A stretch of 64,000 bases of DNA from an uncultured Acidobacteriota bacterium (GTDB lineage: Bacteria > Acidobacteriota > Blastocatellia > RBC074): assembly GCA_963796275.1 (NCBI GenBank), contig CAWCKY010000004.1:800001-864000 (forward strand), written 5' to 3'. How positions within the stretch are numbered: position 1 is the stretch's first letter; every line of letters begins with the position of its first letter. Position numbers and translations under genes: made by a program. A model generated the notes under the pieces. The model was not told the DNA's origin and made no database searches. It saw only the letters and a program-made list of their open reading frames with translations. Below, one piece after another: positions 51,448 to 61,774 of this stretch.

Positions 51448-52290
51448 ATGTCCAACCCTATATTCACCGAAGGCCCCGCAGATAAAGGAGCGGATTCGAC
51501 TTTTCTCGCATCTATAAAAAATGCCGAGAGCTATCGCGACTACACGGCCGAAGCTCGCAGTTGCGTGAAAGAGCTATACCGGCTCAACCATGCAAACCAG
51601 ACGCTCGATTTCGTCCTCAAGAAGAAAGCCGAGTACGGTAAGTTCAATAAAGCGGAGATGGGTATCTGGGAGGCGATGGAGTATTTGAATACGCTGGTCG
51701 ACGACAGCGATCCCGATATCGATTTGAGTCAGGTCGATCACGCGCTGCAAACCGCCGAGGCCATACGTCAGGATGGCCATCCGCGCTGGTTCATACTGAC
51801 CGGCTTGATCCACGACCTGGGAAAGGTGCTTTGCCTCTTTGGCGAACAGCAATGGTCGGTGGTGGGCGATACATTTCCGGTCGGCTGCGCCTACAGCGAT
51901 CGCATCGTTTATTCGGAGTTGTTCAAGGCCAACCCCGATTATCTAAACCCCGCCTTTCAAACTCCGCAGGGGATTTACGAAGCTGGCTGCGGGCTCGACC
52001 ATGTGCATCTTTCCTGGGGCCACGACGAGTACCTCTATTCGGTCGTGCAGAATTACTTACCGCAGGAAGCGTTGTGGATGATCCGTTATCACTCGTGTTA
52101 CCCGGTCCATCGCGAAGGCGCATACGCGCACCTGCTCAATGAAAAGGATCGGGAGATGCTGAAATGGGTTCGGGCATTCAATCCTTATGACTTGTATTCC
52201 AAATGCGATGTGAAACCGGACCTGAGTGAGTTGAAACCATACTATGAAGAATTGATCGGAGAATTTTTTCCACCCAGGATCGCGTGGTGA
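51448..52290 (+). CDS. myo-Inositol oxygenase (MIOX, HD di-iron)
   Basis: [69 protein letters not shown]; GAGGAG RBS. Confidence 0.93.
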   Translation: MSNPIFTEGPADKGADSTFLASIKNAESYRDYTAEARSCVKELYRLNHANQTLDFVLKKKAEYGKFNKAEMGIWEAMEYLNTLVDDSDPDIDLSQVDHALQTAEAIRQDGHPRWFILTGLIHDLGKVLCLFGEQQWSVVGDTFPVGCAYSDRIVYSELFKANPDYLNPAFQTPQGIYEAGCGLDHVHLSWGHDEYLYSVVQNYLPQEALWMIRYHSCYPVHREGAYAHLLNEKDREMLKWVRAFNPYDLYSKCDVKPDLSELKPYYEELIGEFFPPRIAW

Positions 52291-52396
52291 TCTGAAGAGA
52301 GAAAGGGGAAGCAAAAAAGACAAACAAAAATGGCCAAATATTTTTGTCTATTTTGTTATACCTTTTTGCTTCCCTTTTCTCTCTTCTTTTCGAGCC

Positions 52397-53395
52397 ATGA
52401 GTAATCCGTTAGTTATCCAAACAGAGAGCGGTCTTTATTGCGAGGCGGGCGATTTTTATATAGACCCGTGGCTGCCGGTGGAGCGTGCGATCATCACTCA
52501 CGCGCATGCAGATCACGCTCACCCCGATTGCGGACATTATCTCGTGAGCCTCGAGGGAGAACGCCTCTGCCGCGCACGGCTGGGCGCCGACGCCTACATC
52601 GAATCCCTCCCTTACGGTGAGCAGCTTGATATTAATGAAGTGAGCGTTTCGCTGCATCCCGCCGGTCATATATTGGGGTCATCGCAAATCCGCCTCGAAT
52701 ATAAAGGTGAAGTCTGGGTCGTCTCGGGCGATTACAAACTTCGGGAAGATCCGACGTGCAGCCCGTTCGAAATCGTGCGCTGCCATACATTCATCACAGA
52801 AGCCACCTTCGGCCTGCCGATCTATCGCTGGCCATCGCCGCAATCGGTCATGGCCGAAATCAATAATTGGTGGAGAAGCAATCAGGAGACGCAGAAGGCC
52901 AGTTTCTTGCTGGCATATTCAGTGGGTAAAGCGCAGCGCATTCTGAGAGGAATCGATGCAACGATCGGGCCTATTTATACGCATGGCGCGGTTGAAAAGA
53001 TAATTGACGAATACCGGGCCGCTGGGGTTGATCTTCCCGAAACGACGCTCATCTCTGAAGCGCCGAAGAAAACTGATTGGATGAAAGCCTTGATCCTCGC
53101 GCCGCCCTCTGCCAAAGGAACTCCGTGGACGAGGCGCTTCGGAACCCACTCCAGCGCCTTTGCCTCAGGTTGGATGAGCATTCGCGGTACCAGGCGACGC
53201 CAGGCTTTGGATCGCGGCTTCATCCTTTCCGACCATGCCGATTGGGAAGAGCTGTTGACGGCTATCAGAGCGACCGGAGCCGGGCAGGTCTGGGTGACGC
53301 ACGGTTATGTGTCCGTACTCGCGCGTTATCTGCGCGAAGTTTTTGGGCTCGATGCGAGAGAGCTGAGGACGAGTTATGAAGGCGAAGAAGAATAA
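52397..53395 (+). CDS. Ligase-associated DNA damage response exonuclease (MBL fold)
   Basis: GLYC..GDFYIDPW, THAHADH, PAGH.LGS, TEATFGLPIY.W, ASGWM, LSDHADW, THG. Confidence 0.92.
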   Translation: MSNPLVIQTESGLYCEAGDFYIDPWLPVERAIITHAHADHAHPDCGHYLVSLEGERLCRARLGADAYIESLPYGEQLDINEVSVSLHPAGHILGSSQIRLEYKGEVWVVSGDYKLREDPTCSPFEIVRCHTFITEATFGLPIYRWPSPQSVMAEINNWWRSNQETQKASFLLAYSVGKAQRILRGIDATIGPIYTHGAVEKIIDEYRAAGVDLPETTLISEAPKKTDWMKALILAPPSAKGTPWTRRFGTHSSAFASGWMSIRGTRRRQALDRGFILSDHADWEELLTAIRATGAGQVWVTHGYVSVLARYLREVFGLDARELRTSYEGEEE

Positions 53396-53503
53396 AAATA
53401 CTAGAGCATTGTTCATTGTTAATTTTACATTTTACATTTGTCATTGAGGAAATGGGGTTCAACCAATGACAAATGAACAATGAACTGGGCCACCCGATAA
53501 ATC

Positions 53504-55114
53504 GTGAAAGCATTTACTGAACTTTATACAGCGCTCGACGAAACGACGAAGACCAACGCGAAGACCGAAGCGCTCGCCCGATATCTGCAACATGCTCCGC
53601 CGGAAGATGCGGCTTGGGCGATCTGGTTCCTCAGCGGCCGGCGGCTGAAACTTGTCGTCCCGACTCGCAGATTATGTGAATGGTCAGCCCGCGAAGCGGG
53701 AATCTCTGATTGGCTGTTCGACGAATCGTATCTCGCCGTCGGTGATTTAGCCGAAACCATAGCGCTGCTCTTGCCCGATCCGGCGGAGATCATGGAGATT
53801 CCGCTTCACCAACTCGTAGTTAAACTCGGGCGATGGCGCAAGCTGGGTGAAGCGGAGCAGCGCGAAGAAGTGTTGCGCTACTGGCGACAGCTCGATCGCA
53901 AGCAGCGATTCGTCCTCAATAAAATCATCACCGGCGAATTTCGCGTGGGCGTCTCAGCGCAGATGGTCATCCGCGCTATCGCCCGGCAAAGCGGCATCGA
54001 TCCCGGGGTGATCGCGCACCGGCTGATGGGCAACTGGGAACCGGGGCCAGAATTTTACCGGCAATTAATGCATCCGGATCATCAGGACGCCGATGTGAGC
54101 AAACCATATCCGTTCTTCCTCGCTTCCCCACTCGATGAAGACCCCGAGTCGCTCGGGGATGTTAAAGACTGGTTCGTCGAATGGAAATGGGATGGCATAC
54201 GTTCGCAACTCATTAGACGCAACGGACAGACTTTTCTCTGGTCGCGCGGAGAAGAGCTCATCACCGAACGTTTCCCGGAATTACAGGCGCTCGGCGACTT
54301 CCTGCCTGAAGGCGTCGCCCTCGACGGCGAAATACTCCCATGGAAGGACGATAAACCAATGCCCTTCGGCCAACTGCAACAACGCATCGGGCGCAAAACT
54401 ATCACAAAGAAAATCCTGACCGATGTTCCGGTCCGGATAGTCGCTTATGATCTGCTCGAATTTGCTGGCGAAGATATCCGGCAGAGACCCCTGATAGAAC
54501 GGCGTAATTTGCTGGCCGGGATCGTCAATGCGTTGCCCGACGCACAAATTCAATTGCTTCACCTGTCGCCGGTTGTCGCAGGCGACTCGTGGGAAACGCT
54601 GCGCGGGTTGCGAGCTACCAGCCGCGACCGCAGCGTAGAGGGCCTCATGCTTAAACGTCTCTCATCGACCTATCGAGTCGGGCGCCAGCGTGGCGACTGG
54701 TGGAAATGGAAGATCGAGCCGTACACAATCGACGCCGTCTTGATCTATGCGCAACGCGGGCACGGACGGCGTGCAAGTTTATACACGGACTATACTTTTG
54801 CGGTCTGGGACGAGAGCACTCTCGTACCCTTCGCCAAAGCATATTCCGGTTTGTCCGACCAGGAGATCGACGAAGTGGACCGCTTCATCCGTCAGAACAC
54901 GGTCGAATCGTTCGGTCCCGTGCGCAGCGTCAAGCCAGAACTGGTTTTTGAGCTGGCATTCGAGGGCTTACAACGATCGTCGCGTCATAAATCTGGTATC
55001 GCTACTCGTTTTCCGCGCATTTTGCGATGGCGTAAAGATAAGAAGATCGAAGAAGCCGACACATTAGGGACAATCAAAGCGATGTTGCCGAGCTCGCATC
55101 CCGACAAAAAATAA
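53504..55114 (+). CDS. ATP-dependent DNA ligase (Nuc-Lig-Lhr cluster type)
   Basis: VGDLAET, PYPFFLA, EWKWDGIR, LDGE, EGLMLK, WWKWK, KAYSGL, RHKSG.A.RFPR. Confidence 0.93.
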   Translation: MKAFTELYTALDETTKTNAKTEALARYLQHAPPEDAAWAIWFLSGRRLKLVVPTRRLCEWSAREAGISDWLFDESYLAVGDLAETIALLLPDPAEIMEIPLHQLVVKLGRWRKLGEAEQREEVLRYWRQLDRKQRFVLNKIITGEFRVGVSAQMVIRAIARQSGIDPGVIAHRLMGNWEPGPEFYRQLMHPDHQDADVSKPYPFFLASPLDEDPESLGDVKDWFVEWKWDGIRSQLIRRNGQTFLWSRGEELITERFPELQALGDFLPEGVALDGEILPWKDDKPMPFGQLQQRIGRKTITKKILTDVPVRIVAYDLLEFAGEDIRQRPLIERRNLLAGIVNALPDAQIQLLHLSPVVAGDSWETLRGLRATSRDRSVEGLMLKRLSSTYRVGRQRGDWWKWKIEPYTIDAVLIYAQRGHGRRASLYTDYTFAVWDESTLVPFAKAYSGLSDQEIDEVDRFIRQNTVESFGPVRSVKPELVFELAFEGLQRSSRHKSGIATRFPRILRWRKDKKIEEADTLGTIKAMLPSSHPDKK

Positions 55115-55122
55115 TTTTCATG

Positions 55123-55156
55123 AATAGGCAAATATTTCTCTGTTTTGCGTCCTTAT
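55123..55156 (+). promoter_or_regulatory. Conserved upstream block, copy A (candidate ECF promoter GGCAAA-N15-CGTC)
   Basis: 32/34 identical to 63062-63095. Confidence 0.6.
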
Positions 55157-55395
55157 ATGTATGTGAGAGATTTTTACGATACAAATAATGGTTTTCCCGC
55201 TAGTGACCTCAATGGAATACGAGAAATATTGAATACGGAGGAATTTACAACTCTCACAACTAGTAATCAGTGCGCTCCCCACTCTATAGCGCTAGGAGTT
55301 AGGCAATTCTGTGCTAGATCTCACAGTTGAGGATTGGGATAAGAACCAATCGTTTGCGGTTTGATTTAGTAACAGTACAAAGCTGGTATCATGAA

Positions 55396-56787
55396 ATGAG
55401 GAAAATGTCTGGCGAAGGTTATCCCCAATCTCCGGAGCCGACTGAGGCAGAGGTGCGGCAAGTAGTACAGCGGATTTTGAGCAGCAAGCATTTTTCCAAT
55501 GCCCCGACGAAACAAAGGTTTTTGCATTTAATTATCGAAGCATACATTGATGGGCGCGAAGACAAACTGAACGAATATATGATCGGATGCGAGGTGTACG
55601 CTCGCAACGAGACATATAACCCTGCACTCGATCCCATCGTACGCGTCGGAGCTCACGGTCTGCGGAAAAAACTTCAATCTTATTATAAAGATGATGGGAA
55701 AGAAGACGAGCTGATCCTGGAGATCCCAGTCGGAAGTTACATTCCTATTTTCACCACACGCGCTCGGCCTCCTGAATCAATTGAATCTACTCAAGATATT
55801 ATTCCGAAGGTTCCAGCAGTTGAATACGGTGAGAAAAAAGAGATATCTGAGAAATCCGTGAGTAAGTGGATTTCTCTGCTCAGTCTGCTAATAGCCTTTC
55901 TATTGATGACTGTTTTTGCATTAGCTTTTTCCCAGCGAAATTTATGTGGGCACTTCGGAGAGAGTGCTGTTCAGCACGAGAGCCTCAGCATAATAAAACC
56001 TGTCTGGGAAACATTTCTGAAGGATGAGAGTCCACCCATCATCGTCCTAACCAATCCTTCGGTCTTTCGTTTTTCAAATCCCGGCGATCCGGCTCAGCTT
56101 TCCCGATATTCTACGGGATTATCTCCCGCGGAAACCAGATCGATAAACGAGATATTCGGACCAGGGCGTTTCGAAACCGGTTATGGATCGACTCCCAGGC
56201 TCGTGCTCTCTTACGACGAGTATTCAAATTTCGGTGAGACAATCGGGCTCTATCAGATCACCCGGCTTTTCAACAAGATCGGCAAAAATGTCATACTCAA
56301 GCAAAGCCGAAGGCTGACGGTCGAAGATTTGAAAGATCATCATGCAATCCTGATCGGCAGCGGCTGGGTTAATGAATGGATGGGCAACACACCGATCAGA
56401 AAATCCTTCGACCGGGGACCAAGCGCGAGCATCATCAACCAAAACCTTTTTACCGAAGAAGATGGGACCATCACAAACAAATACAGAGCAAAATTTGATG
56501 AGGAGACCGGTCTGCTCATAGAGGATTATGCTGCAATCACAGTAAAACCAGGCATTTCAGAGCGAAAAACAATCATGGTTCTGGCCGGATCGCGTTATGA
56601 GGGAACCCAGGCGGCCGCCGAATATTTAACTGACGAACACCACCTCGCAGTCCTTAACCGGTTGCTGGTGCAGCCGGATGGCAATTTCCCCAAACATTTT
56701 CAGGTTTTGCTTAAAGTCCATGTCGATAATGGCGTCACAACTAATATCGAAACGGTAAAAGTTAGCAGCCTTGAAGATTCTAGGTGA
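55396..56787 (+). CDS. Membrane-anchored regulator: N-terminal wHTH-like domain, single TM, extracytoplasmic domain
   Basis: IL.S..F.......FL..I......L.EY.IG.EV..R...Y.P..DPIVRV....LRKKL..YY......I.IP.GSY.P.F; TM WISLLSLLIAFLLMTVFALAF. Confidence 0.75.
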   Translation: MRKMSGEGYPQSPEPTEAEVRQVVQRILSSKHFSNAPTKQRFLHLIIEAYIDGREDKLNEYMIGCEVYARNETYNPALDPIVRVGAHGLRKKLQSYYKDDGKEDELILEIPVGSYIPIFTTRARPPESIESTQDIIPKVPAVEYGEKKEISEKSVSKWISLLSLLIAFLLMTVFALAFSQRNLCGHFGESAVQHESLSIIKPVWETFLKDESPPIIVLTNPSVFRFSNPGDPAQLSRYSTGLSPAETRSINEIFGPGRFETGYGSTPRLVLSYDEYSNFGETIGLYQITRLFNKIGKNVILKQSRRLTVEDLKDHHAILIGSGWVNEWMGNTPIRKSFDRGPSASIINQNLFTEEDGTITNKYRAKFDEETGLLIEDYAAITVKPGISERKTIMVLAGSRYEGTQAAAEYLTDEHHLAVLNRLLVQPDGNFPKHFQVLLKVHVDNGVTTNIETVKVSSLEDSR

Positions 56788-57099
56788 AGTTGTGCAAGCA
56801 CTAAAATTGCTCCAGCATCTTGATTTATCATGCACCGGCGCATATCATTCCTGATCGAACAATCACTTGCACATAGTAAGCAGGGAGATACAAGATTGAA
56901 CGGATAAAGGCTAAGGCCATAAAGGATTGATGAGCTTGGCCAATCCTTTCGCACCCGTCAATATATGGACTCCCACTATCCCGATGGTTCCTTCATCGAG
57001 AAAACGAAATGATCGCAGTGCAACAGAAAACTGTTGTACAGACTCATCTCAAGCCTACTTGTTGATGAGAGCATTAATCGGACCGGACTGAGAAAGAGA

Positions 57100-57756
57100 A
57101 TGAGGCAAGCCAAGTTAGAATCCCTCCCAAGCGCTAAACTCTTTGATCTTTGTGCAACTCGTTTCGAAGATGCTCAATATTGGGAGGAGTTCGTCAGACG
57201 ATATAATCAAAGCCTGACGCGGTGCGTCTATCAAGCCTATCGGCAGTTTACGGGTGAGGATCTTCTGCTTTCTCCGTGGGCTGTGACCGACCTTTTACAG
57301 GAAATCTACCTCAAAATATTACAGGATAACTGCTCGTCGCTCCGGAGCTTCCGCGGAGATGCGGAAATCGAGGCCGAAGTCTATTTGATGCACATCGCCA
57401 CCAGCGTGACGATCGATCGTCTCCGCCGACAGCACAGTATGAAGCGATTCGTCCAGACGCGGTCGATCGAAGCCACTCACTATCTGCATGAAGAACGGAC
57501 TCGGCGAGAGACGGTGGTGAACTCATACACTGACGAGCTGGTCGAACACGAATTGATTAAGATATTGCGTAGCCGTTTCAGAGGTAAAAACAGGGAGCGC
57601 AACATCCTCATCTTCCTGCTCCATTTCCGGGATGGATTTACTGCGCAGGAGATAGCCAGCGCCCACGTCTTCGGACTGAGCCAACATACCATCGCTCATA
57701 TTCTGAATCGGATGAGGGAAGGGATTCGAGAAGTGATGTTTGCCGATATGACATAA
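57100..57756 (+). CDS. ECF-type RNA polymerase sigma factor
   Basis: WEEFVRRY, DLLQEIYLKI, YL..IA....IDRLRR; region 4 G.T..EIA. Confidence 0.8.
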   Translation: MRQAKLESLPSAKLFDLCATRFEDAQYWEEFVRRYNQSLTRCVYQAYRQFTGEDLLLSPWAVTDLLQEIYLKILQDNCSSLRSFRGDAEIEAEVYLMHIATSVTIDRLRRQHSMKRFVQTRSIEATHYLHEERTRRETVVNSYTDELVEHELIKILRSRFRGKNRERNILIFLLHFRDGFTAQEIASAHVFGLSQHTIAHILNRMREGIREVMFADMT

Positions 57757-57960
57757 AGTCCAAGGATTAAGCCACTTAGGAAACAGAAGGACAAAGTGGC
57801 AAAAAAGACAAAAAGGTGGATTCTTGCTTTTTGTCCTTTCCCGACTCTCGTTACCCACTCTTGGCAATTCACGATCATTGCTCTTCGCCCTGAAAAGGCG
57901 GTGGAGATTAGACGTAGTTACGCTACGCTTCACCCCCGGCTACATTCCACTGCGTCTCCG

Positions 57961-58120
57961 GCGCAAACCCAAACGTTTTGGTGGCTGACAAGCTCAAGAT
58001 CGGGAGGCTAGTGGTTGCGGCTCGCTCCAAGCCGCTCCGTCTGGCGCAAACCCAAACGTTTTGGGTACTGACAAGTTCAATATCGGGGACGTAGTGGCTG
58101 CGGGTCGCTCCACGCCGCTC
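57961..58120. repeat. Diverged 83-bp tandem duplication that includes the 3' end of the M91 gene
   Basis: 57961-58037 vs 58044-58120, both starting GCGCAAACCCAAACGTTTTGG. Confidence 0.8.
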
Positions 58121-58907
58121 TCATTTTATTTTCGGTGAATTGTTTCTGATCATATGGCGGAAGTCCGATAGCCTGGCGTTCGTAGTTTCTGACCCCATCG
58201 CTGAATTCAGGATCCATCCTTCCATAGGCGGCATCATCGGCGTGGATCAACTCATGCGCGAGCCAGATTTCGGGGGGTTGTTTCTGCCAGGGTTCATTCG
58301 ATCCGATGCTCGACAAATCGGGATTGTATTTTATGGTTGTGTCCGAGCCCGCACCATTCCCACGTATGGCCCTTTCCATTCCCGATCCATCCCGCCACTT
58401 GAGCATCTTTCCCGGATCCACGGCGGCGCGGTAGTTGTCAGGCCGCGCATCGTTCGCGCGGGAGCCGGGAACGATGGTGACGATCCGGCCGCTCTGTGCA
58501 AGGCTCTGCAGGAGATGCTGACCGATCGGAATAGCGGCGATAGAATCGAGTTGCGATCTCACTTTCTCGACGAATTCTTCTGTGCCTTTGACGATGGTCC
58601 TATGCTGGTATTCGACCGACACCAGATTATCGGCCGGGATATCATCGAGCAGATCTGCGGTCAGAATTTTATCGAGAGCTCCTTTGTCTTCTTGCGGCGC
58701 ATAACCCAGACTCAATACCTCACGCAGGAGATGGCGGCTCTCGGCGGTGGTTCGACGGAGGTCTTCGAGAGAGACAGAAGAAATGATCTTTCGAGCGACT
58801 ATGTCGCGTTCACGCCACGATGCCGCATCGAACTGCCGGACGAGACATTGGCTGCAGAGGCAAGTTGATGGGTGATCCTGATTTGTAGATTCGAAGGGAC
58901 TTTTCAT
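58077..58907 (-). CDS. Peptidase M91 (NleD/effector-like) zinc metalloprotease
   Basis: G..LL..L, G.GS.T.I.YNP, P...LAHELIHA, E..AIGL, TEN.MR, R.RY; N-terminal H...CxCxxC. Confidence 0.75.
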   Translation of the reverse strand: MKSPFESTNQDHPSTCLCSQCLVRQFDAASWRERDIVARKIISSVSLEDLRRTTAESRHLLREVLSLGYAPQEDKGALDKILTADLLDDIPADNLVSVEYQHRTIVKGTEEFVEKVRSQLDSIAAIPIGQHLLQSLAQSGRIVTIVPGSRANDARPDNYRAAVDPGKMLKWRDGSGMERAIRGNGAGSDTTIKYNPDLSSIGSNEPWQKQPPEIWLAHELIHADDAAYGRMDPEFSDGVRNYERQAIGLPPYDQKQFTENKMRAAWSDPQPLRPRY

Positions 58908-58984
58908 AAAGAGAGACTGAGATTAACCACGAATTCAGACAGATGCGCTGATCTTTTAAAACTCATGGTGACTTTGCGCCATAA

Positions 58985-61435
58985 CTATTCGTGTCTCAAA
59001 GTCACCATCGGATCCACTCGAAGTGCGCGCATGGCCGGAATCAGGCATGCCAGCAGAGCCACGCCAGACAATAAGAACGCGACCCCGATAAAAGTCACCG
59101 GGTCAGTCGGCTTTACTTCATACAATTGACCTGCAAGATATCGCGTCAACGCATATGACGCTGACAAGCCGATGCATACTCCGATAAACGTCATCACTAT
59201 CCCTTGCCGGATAACCAGCCTAAGCACATCGCCAAGCTGCGCGCCGAGCGCCAGACGAATGCCGATCTCGTGCTTGCGCTGCGTCACCGCATACGACATC
59301 ACCCCGTAAATCCCCATCATAGCCAAAAGAAGCGCGATGGCAGCGAAGATGGTGAGCAGTAGCGTATAGAAGCGCGGTTGGCCCACGGAAGACCAGAGCA
59401 CTTGCTCCATCGTCCTGACGTCAGCAATAGACAGTTCGGAATCCAATGAATGTATCGCGCGCTTCACCGCCACGTTGTAGCTCATCGGGTTACCGTTCGT
59501 TCGCACCAAAATGGCGGCAAAGCCGTAAGGCCAACGGTGATGCGGCCAATAGACTGTGGGCATCACCTCGCTTTCGATGTCGGAGATTTTGATATCGGCA
59601 GCCACACCGATTATTTCATCCGTCTTCTGTTCCAACCGGCTGATCCTGATCCGGCGCCCCAGTGGGTTCTCGTTCGGGAAGTAGCGCCGCGCCATCGTTT
59701 CATTGATGATAACTACGTTCGCGTCATCCTCTGTGATATCACGCTCTGTGAACTCTCTGCCCATCCGTAGCGGAATGCCCATCGTTCGCAGGAAATTACT
59801 GTTGACCGGGCGAATATGGGCCATCTGTTTGTTCATGTCGGCCGGGGAGTGGAGGCCTTCGATCATAAAGAATGTATAGACGCCCGTCCCGCTAAGGAGG
59901 AGGTGACTGATAGCACTGGCAGACTGCACGCCGGGCAACTCAGATATTCGTTTAATCGCCCCCTCAAAGAATGCGGTCCTCTTTTTCATATCGAGATATG
60001 CGGGTTCCGGTAATATGATGTGCATGGTCAATAAATTTTTGATATTGAACCCCGGATCGACCGCTTGCAGCCGCAGGAAACTCCTGATCATCAAGCCCGC
60101 GCCGATGAGCAGAACGAGCGCGAGCGCGAATTCCGCGACTACAAACAGCCCGCGCCAAGTGTTACTTCGCGCACCCGTCATCGCACTTCTTCCACCCTCT
60201 TTGAGCGCTTCGTTCAGATCGATCTTTGAAGTTTGCCAGGCGGGCACAAGACCGGAGATGACGGCGGCCAACAACGAGACGCAGACTGTGAACACCACCA
60301 CTCTTCCATCAAGGTCTATCTCCGACAGACGCGGAATGTTGGCAGGACCCAATGCCACGAGAAGCTTGACCATGTAAAACGCCAGTAATAGCCCGAGCGC
60401 GCCGCCCCATACCGCTAATAGAATATTCTCGATCAACAACAGACGAATGAGCCGCAGACGCCCTGAGCCCAGCGAAGCGCGGATGGCCATCTCCCTTTCT
60501 CTGGCGGCGCCTTGAGCCAAACGAAGATTGGCGACGTTAGCACAAGCGATCAGGAGAACGAAAAAGACCGCTCCGAGCAAAACCAGTAATTTCGGGCCGA
60601 TATTTCCGATCGCCTGTTTATCCAAAGGTACCACGTTCACCCCCCAACCGGCGTTGAAGGCGGGGTACTGCTGTTCCAGTTGTTTGGCGATAATGTTCAA
60701 TTCTTCACTCGCCTGCTGTAGCGTCACGCCTGCTTTGAGACGCGCCGGCACCCACAAGTATTGCCCCCATTTCGCTCGATAATCTTTGGCCGGATCCAGA
60801 CCCAGCGGTACCCATACATCCGCCGGTTGATTTTGAAAATTGAAGTTTGGCGGCAATACCCCGATCACCGTATGACCCACTCGATCGAGGCGGACCGTCT
60901 TACCCAGTATCGCAGGGTCGCCGCCGAAACGACGCTGCCAGAGGCCATAACTCAGCACTGCGACACGATCACCATGCGATGGCTCTCCTTCCTCCACTTT
61001 ATGCGGCGCATCTTCTTGCCGGGTGAAGGTGCGGCCGAGATATGCTTCGACTCCGAGCAAAGGAAAGAAATTGGCCGTTACTTTGTGGAATCGGACGTGC
61101 TCCGGCTCTCCGGTGCCGGAAATTGTTTTTTGATCCAACGTAAAGATTGCGGCGATCTCCTCGATAACGCGGCTGCTCTTCTGCCAATCGAGGAAATTGT
61201 TGGGCGCCACTCTGGCCCGGTCGCGCCCGCCACCGGGGTTATTCTCAAAGAGCATAACCAGCCGGTCGGGCTCTCGATATGGAAGAGGACGGAGCCGCAC
61301 GGTATTTACGACGCTGAAGATTGCGCTGGTTGCGCCGATTCCTAAAGCCAGGCTGAGCGTGGCCATCGCCGTGAGACCGTAATTTCTGCGTAGCATCCGC
61401 AGGCCGTGACGGATATCTTTCCAGAGAGTCCCCAT
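58985..61435 (-). CDS. ADOP-type duplicated ABC permease (intact)
   Basis: [60 protein letters not shown]. Confidence 0.92.
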   Translation of the reverse strand: MGTLWKDIRHGLRMLRRNYGLTAMATLSLALGIGATSAIFSVVNTVRLRPLPYREPDRLVMLFENNPGGGRDRARVAPNNFLDWQKSSRVIEEIAAIFTLDQKTISGTGEPEHVRFHKVTANFFPLLGVEAYLGRTFTRQEDAPHKVEEGEPSHGDRVAVLSYGLWQRRFGGDPAILGKTVRLDRVGHTVIGVLPPNFNFQNQPADVWVPLGLDPAKDYRAKWGQYLWVPARLKAGVTLQQASEELNIIAKQLEQQYPAFNAGWGVNVVPLDKQAIGNIGPKLLVLLGAVFFVLLIACANVANLRLAQGAAREREMAIRASLGSGRLRLIRLLLIENILLAVWGGALGLLLAFYMVKLLVALGPANIPRLSEIDLDGRVVVFTVCVSLLAAVISGLVPAWQTSKIDLNEALKEGGRSAMTGARSNTWRGLFVVAEFALALVLLIGAGLMIRSFLRLQAVDPGFNIKNLLTMHIILPEPAYLDMKKRTAFFEGAIKRISELPGVQSASAISHLLLSGTGVYTFFMIEGLHSPADMNKQMAHIRPVNSNFLRTMGIPLRMGREFTERDITEDDANVVIINETMARRYFPNENPLGRRIRISRLEQKTDEIIGVAADIKISDIESEVMPTVYWPHHRWPYGFAAILVRTNGNPMSYNVAVKRAIHSLDSELSIADVRTMEQVLWSSVGQPRFYTLLLTIFAAIALLLAMMGIYGVMSYAVTQRKHEIGIRLALGAQLGDVLRLVIRQGIVMTFIGVCIGLSASYALTRYLAGQLYEVKPTDPVTFIGVAFLLSGVALLACLIPAMRALRVDPMVTLRHE

Positions 61436-61774
61436 TAATCGCCTTTCTTATTTTAATTTCGGCTTTTATCGGATAGAAAGAAAGGGAAATCGCAAAACGG
61501 GCAAAGTATATCGATATATGTAGGGTATTCACAACAAAAAATTTCGTGATTTCGTCTATCTCTCAAGTTCAGCCGTATCACCAAAGCTTCCCCCTATCCA
61601 TCTAAAAGCGATAAGCCCGGGTGAAAAATTCAACACAAAGACGCATTCAGCCGTTGCCGGCCGGGACGCGAGGTATAATTTTCCTCTTCATTTTGCGTTC
61701 TGCGTCTTTGTGTTGAGCAAATCATTCTTTCTGTCTCACTTAATTATGTCCTGAATAGACACAGATGAGACTAA

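Noticed and set aside
57961-58120. DGR template/variable repeat pair
   Set aside because: Mismatches are not adenine-specific and there is no reverse transcriptase in the window.
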